From Haliotis rubra (Eukaryota), in assembly GCF_003918875.1 (NCBI RefSeq), contig NW_025765903.1, positions 186,001 through 250,000 on the forward strand: a stretch of DNA of 64,000 bases, written 5' to 3'. The notes below the pieces were generated by a model, which was not told the origin of the DNA, made no database searches, and was given only the letters and a program-made list of their open reading frames with translations. Made by a program: the position numbers and the translations under genes. Positions 59,725 through 64,000 of this stretch are shown one piece after another (position 1 is the stretch's first letter; each line of letters begins with the position of its first letter).

Positions 59725-61925
59725 ATACATGACACATTTTATGGATAACAAATTCTTTTCAAGCTGAAGGTTTGTTTTAAACATATTTTATTCATGAGAA
59801 AAGGATTGGGTACAAGTTATACAACTTAGAACACCGTCTCCGCTGAAGGTTGTATCACACTGGAAATTAGGATGTTATGATTTCAGTTTCTGATTCTGAT
59901 TCAAAATGTTTTCATCTTGAAAAAAAAGTTAACAACCCATAACACATAATCAGACTATCATTTTTGTTTGGAATATTATAAAATTTATTTTGTGTTTAGT
60001 TGGTTGTGAAACATCGCACATGTTCTGTTTTTTATGAATATGATACTTTGCCAATGATGTTGAATTGTCTCAAAATGTCTGTTTCTTTTATGCAAACATC
60101 GCTGATCAAGGCTGAAATTGCTTGATGTCGGAACATGTTTTTTTAACCTGACAATGCTTTTTATCTTTTGTACTGATTACAAATAACCAGGTCTTCTAGT
60201 ACAGAACAGTGGGTATTTTTACCAAAGAACTGTTGTTTGCTCATCATTGGACATGGCGATGTGTAAGTGGTCATAGACATGCTGTATATATCTGAACAGT
60301 GTGTATGCATGATCCTGCTGCATGGTGAGACAGTCATCCATGGTATTATTTTCATTCTGTTGAGATAATTTCCAGGAACGTTTTGCTGCCATAGCAACCC
60401 AAACAAGCCATCTAGTCAAACTCCACCCACAGAAATTCTGTGCAGGGTTGCTGATGTTGAAATGATGAGGGCGCTGGTGTCACTCCCAAAACATAGCTAT
60501 CATGGCCAACTGGTTCTGGGTATTGATCATGCAGGAATGGAGGTGGTAGACAATGTGTTTTACTCAGCATGTCTATATTATGATCATGATCATGAATATG
60601 AGGATAATATGTATAAAAAAGTTGTAAGAAAACTATTTTAGAACATTTCATGCTTCTAGAATGTCAAGGGTGAACTTTTCTTCAGGAATCACTTTTAGCA
60701 TTTCAAAATGCATGTAAAATGAGGAAATTTTACTGATCGGCTCACTTCCTCTGACTGTTACTATGATTAAAGTCTTGTTTAGACACTGCTTGCACTAAGT
60801 CATCTTCTAGTCTGAAGTCGGTGTCAAGATACTCATAGTTCTCTAAATCTAGTAACATTTTCTGTTTTCAAATATATTTGAAACAGATTGATGGTGACGG
60901 GTTAAAAGCTGTGATCCTGTTCAGCATATTCAGAATTTTTAACAAGCAACATATGGTTGAAAGTTTCAGAATAATTAACATGGGTAGAAACCAACTATGA
61001 CTTGTTCATCTCGATTGTTACTAGTCTCATACTAACAGTCAAGTGGTTGTTTCTATCCCTGAATAATTGTTATTGTTATTCAGACCTGAGTTAAAGGTAT
61101 GTAACACACCAAGTTCATGGTGACAGAGTACTTGTGACTCTCCACTGCAGTAATGATCTCTACAGCACTGTGGGTTTCAGTCTCAGCTAACTGTTTCTGT
61201 AGAATGAGCGTGTTGAGAGAGCAAGCCTTTGGTCGGGGATCCATCAGGCAGTCAGATTATGTTAATCAATAATGAGAATAACTGTGAAGTTGCCCAGCTC
61301 CTTGAATTCCCTTTGTGTGGCACAAAGCAGGTGTTCCCAAGTCTGTCTCCAGCAGCCAGCACACCTGGTGTCACCTGTCCTTCTCGTTAGGGGATCACTG
61401 TCCCTTGTATTACAGTCTGATGTCGAGCTCAGCATGCTGCATGCTGTCTGCTTGCTCGCCTGCCCTTGGTTTCAGCCAATCACATCGCTCAGTGCCAGAC
61501 AATGGTCATTTTCATAATTACTGGTGATTCCGTGACTCTAAAGTGCGTGGATCAATATCTGTGAGCTGTGGGGTGGTGGAAGTGACCCCCACCCACCTAA
61601 CACATCCTTGTCCCCCACTTGGCTTCTCCAAGGAAGCATCAAGTCCAACCAAGTGATTATGTTAATGTGTGGTGTGACAGCATCGCAAGCCTGGCCCACA
61701 GTCAGTGTCAGATGATGATGCTATGTGATGAATTATTTATGTGTTTGGAGGTTGTCTACTAGTTGGCTGTCTGTCTACAGCCACCCGTTCCACCCAGCGC
61801 CGAGTGGCTTGTACCATCCTCCACCCTCACACACTAGGACTAACCTATGTGACACAATGTTTCAGCTGACAAATCACCACCCGCTCCAACTTGGCTCTAT
61901 CATCACTACAACGTAGACACCAGTC

Positions 61926-63864
61926 ATGTCGGCAAGAAAAAAAGGTAATTTAAATCTTCTTAACTTACTGAAAAAATTACTCTTTGGAAAATGGCCATGT
62001 ATAATGATACGTTATTTTTTGAGAGTGCATGGTTTTTGTATGACCTTGTGCTTATAACCATTTGCAGTGTGTGTTATGGGAGGGACGGGGAATGATTCTG
62101 CTATGTTTACACTTATGTAATAACTGAGTGGATCAATGCTAGCTGGCGAAGGAGAGGCGAGCAGGTATTGCAGCAACCACAGTCAGACATGCTGGTCGTG
62201 GAAGGCGGAATCAATCTGACACTTGTACAGCGACCAGTACTGTCTGCATGGCAGTGCCGTAGTCAAACACAGGCATACAGGCGGGGAGACCAGTGTAGAT
62301 TAGTAGGGAATAGACCACTGGGGGTAAGGGCCAGGCAAGTGTGTTTTTTAGGAAAGCCTGATAGATGGTAAGGTACAGACAGGTGTACGACAGGTTATGA
62401 TGGGTAAGAGAAAGACAGGTAATGATGGGGTGAGACAGCTGATCTTGGGCAAGACACAGGTGATCTTAGGGATAGACAGACAGGTGAGAGATGGACTGGT
62501 GATGATGGGAGAGACAGGTGATAATGGGGAGAGAGATGGACTGGTGATGATTGGAGGGACAGGTTTATGAAGGTGGGAAGAGACAGACAGGTGATGATGG
62601 GAGAAATCTGTGATGATAGCGAAGAGATAGATGAACTTGGGCAAGGCAAGGGCGGTCTTGGCGAGAGATAGAGAAGTGATGATGGTGAAGAGACAGGTGA
62701 TAGTCAGTGGGAAACATGGTGTTAGATGAGTGAGACAGGTGATGGAGATGTGAGGGAGTGATGATTGGGAGCAGGTGACAGTGGGGGAAGAAAAGTAATG
62801 AGAGATGATGCTAATGCGCAGATAGGTAAAAACAGGTGATGATGGAGGACAGACAGGCATTAACAGGTGATGATAGAGGACAGAGTGGATAACAGTTGAT
62901 GATAGTGAATGGATGGGTAATGGGTGATAGGGTAGACAAAGGTGATGATAGGGAGCAGATAGGTAATAACAGGTGATGACAGGGTAGACAAAGGTGATGA
63001 TAGGGAGCAGATAGGTAATAACAGGTGATGATAGGGGATGGATGGGCAATAATGGGTGATGACAGTGGATAGATGAAATTATTGATGTAAAAAGAACAGG
63101 TGATGATGTGGGAAAGGTGGGTAGTGACTGGATAATTATAGATCAGATTGGATTTTTTGTCCCCCATTCCGCGTTACTATGTATTCAGTGGCCTCCGTAC
63201 ATCCTGATTCTTGTTAACGCGATATCTCATGAGCTGTTGTACCCGATGTCTTCAAATTTGGTGACAGCCTACATTTGGGGATTACGCAGACACCAGTCGA
63301 TTTAGGTGACCTTGGCCCTATTTTCAAGGTCACTACAACACTTTGACCACTTTTCAAACTTATGTAAACGCGATATCTCATAAAACATTGCACCCAATGT
63401 CTTCAATTATGTCGACAGCCTACATTGGGTGATTATGCAGACACCAGTCATTTCAGGCATCTTGACCAAAAAATAAAAAGAAGTAAATATGTTATAAATA
63501 TTCCATTCTTTAGCGGCGGTGGACATTGCCATATCAGTAGCAAACACTTGTTAAAGTTTATTTTGATTTTTTTCGTTTTGAATGCTTGGAATTACACTTA
63601 AATGTGAATACTGGCAAGTATTGAATGAAGAAATTTAACACCATTCTTTGAACATTTTCGTTTGGGCAAGACTGGTTGTCATTCAGAAGAAATACCAGCT
63701 ATTTTTAAGATGAAATTGAGGATGACATATGAAAGAATACTGTGTCATTCAAAATTTGTTTCCTGGTGACAGTGGTTTTGATTGTAACCTAGTCAACAGG
63801 GTTTCTTATGTTTGCAGCCAGTGCAGATACATCTAACACCCAGCTTGTCCTCACTGAGATCAAG
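61926..63864 (+). CDS. First two coding exons of an unidentified gene running off the right edge
   Basis: 61926-61944 (ATG TCG GCA AGA AAA AAA G|gtaatt) joins in phase to 63818-63864 (tttgcag|...AAG|gtaagt), giving MSARKKASADTSNTQLVLTEIK. Possible upstream non-coding exons (61084-61096; donor near 57074) and a CpG-rich region at 56.2-56.95 kb. Confidence 0.5.
62370..63130. repeat. Degenerate purine-rich tandem repeat (ACAGGTGATGAT core)
   Basis: Visible motif recurrence and strong purine strand bias. Confidence 0.85.
63153..63552 (+). mobile_element. Second, shorter HINE-like element with two internal repeat units
   Basis: 5' TTTTGTCCCCC, two copies of AACGCGATATCTCAT...CAGACACCAGTC, palindrome GTGACCTTG..CAAGGTCAC, 3' GGTGGACA and CACTTGTT end. 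Confidence 0.55.
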
Positions 63865-64000
63865 GTAAGTATACTTGTTCTGGGAAATGTTAAGGCTGAA
63901 GAAACAGTCTTGCATCCCTTAATTGTGAATGTCACCTGACAGAACTGTTAACAGTCTCTGTCTGTCACTTAATGTTATTTCATTTGTCAAACTTTTTGAA

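Noticed and set aside
62348-63167. 233-aa and 118-aa minus-strand ORFs
   Set aside because: Derived from a degenerate low-complexity repeat.

Overview
Eukaryotic (animal) genomic DNA, AT-rich, with GT-AG introns and dense SINEs, MITEs and minisatellites. The repeat families suggest a mollusc, possibly an abalone-like gastropod (inference). Genes reconstructed by hand: (i) the 5' end of a CREC-family (reticulocalbin/calumenin-like) gene on the minus strand at about 5.4-5.8 kb; (ii) a complete 8-coding-exon C8orf76 homolog (+, 21958-29139); (iii) TRAPPC12 (-, 29248-39532, 11 coding exons), convergent with it and with only 108 bp between the stop codons; (iv) EIPR1/TSSC1 (+, 40589-51555, 9 coding exons), head-to-head with TRAPPC12 as in human; (v) the first exons of an unidentified gene at the right edge. 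Three conserved genes each carry a small frameshift, probably assembly errors. Most notable non-genic signals: intronic tandem repeats built from copies of the neighbouring splice junction (about 23 decoy acceptors before one TRAPPC12 exon, 7 before a C8orf76 exon, several donor echoes); a SINE-like retroposon with no tRNA head, a fixed 5' end and a pseudoknot-forming head (candidate self-processing RNA); 23-40 bp palindromic insertions with 7-bp TSDs; SINE insertions that duplicate or supply splice signals; and a Helentron/HINE-type element carrying a satellite array with a 4-unit higher-order pattern. The long ORFs in the track at 11-15 kb, 25 kb, 33-34 kb and 62 kb are repeat artefacts.
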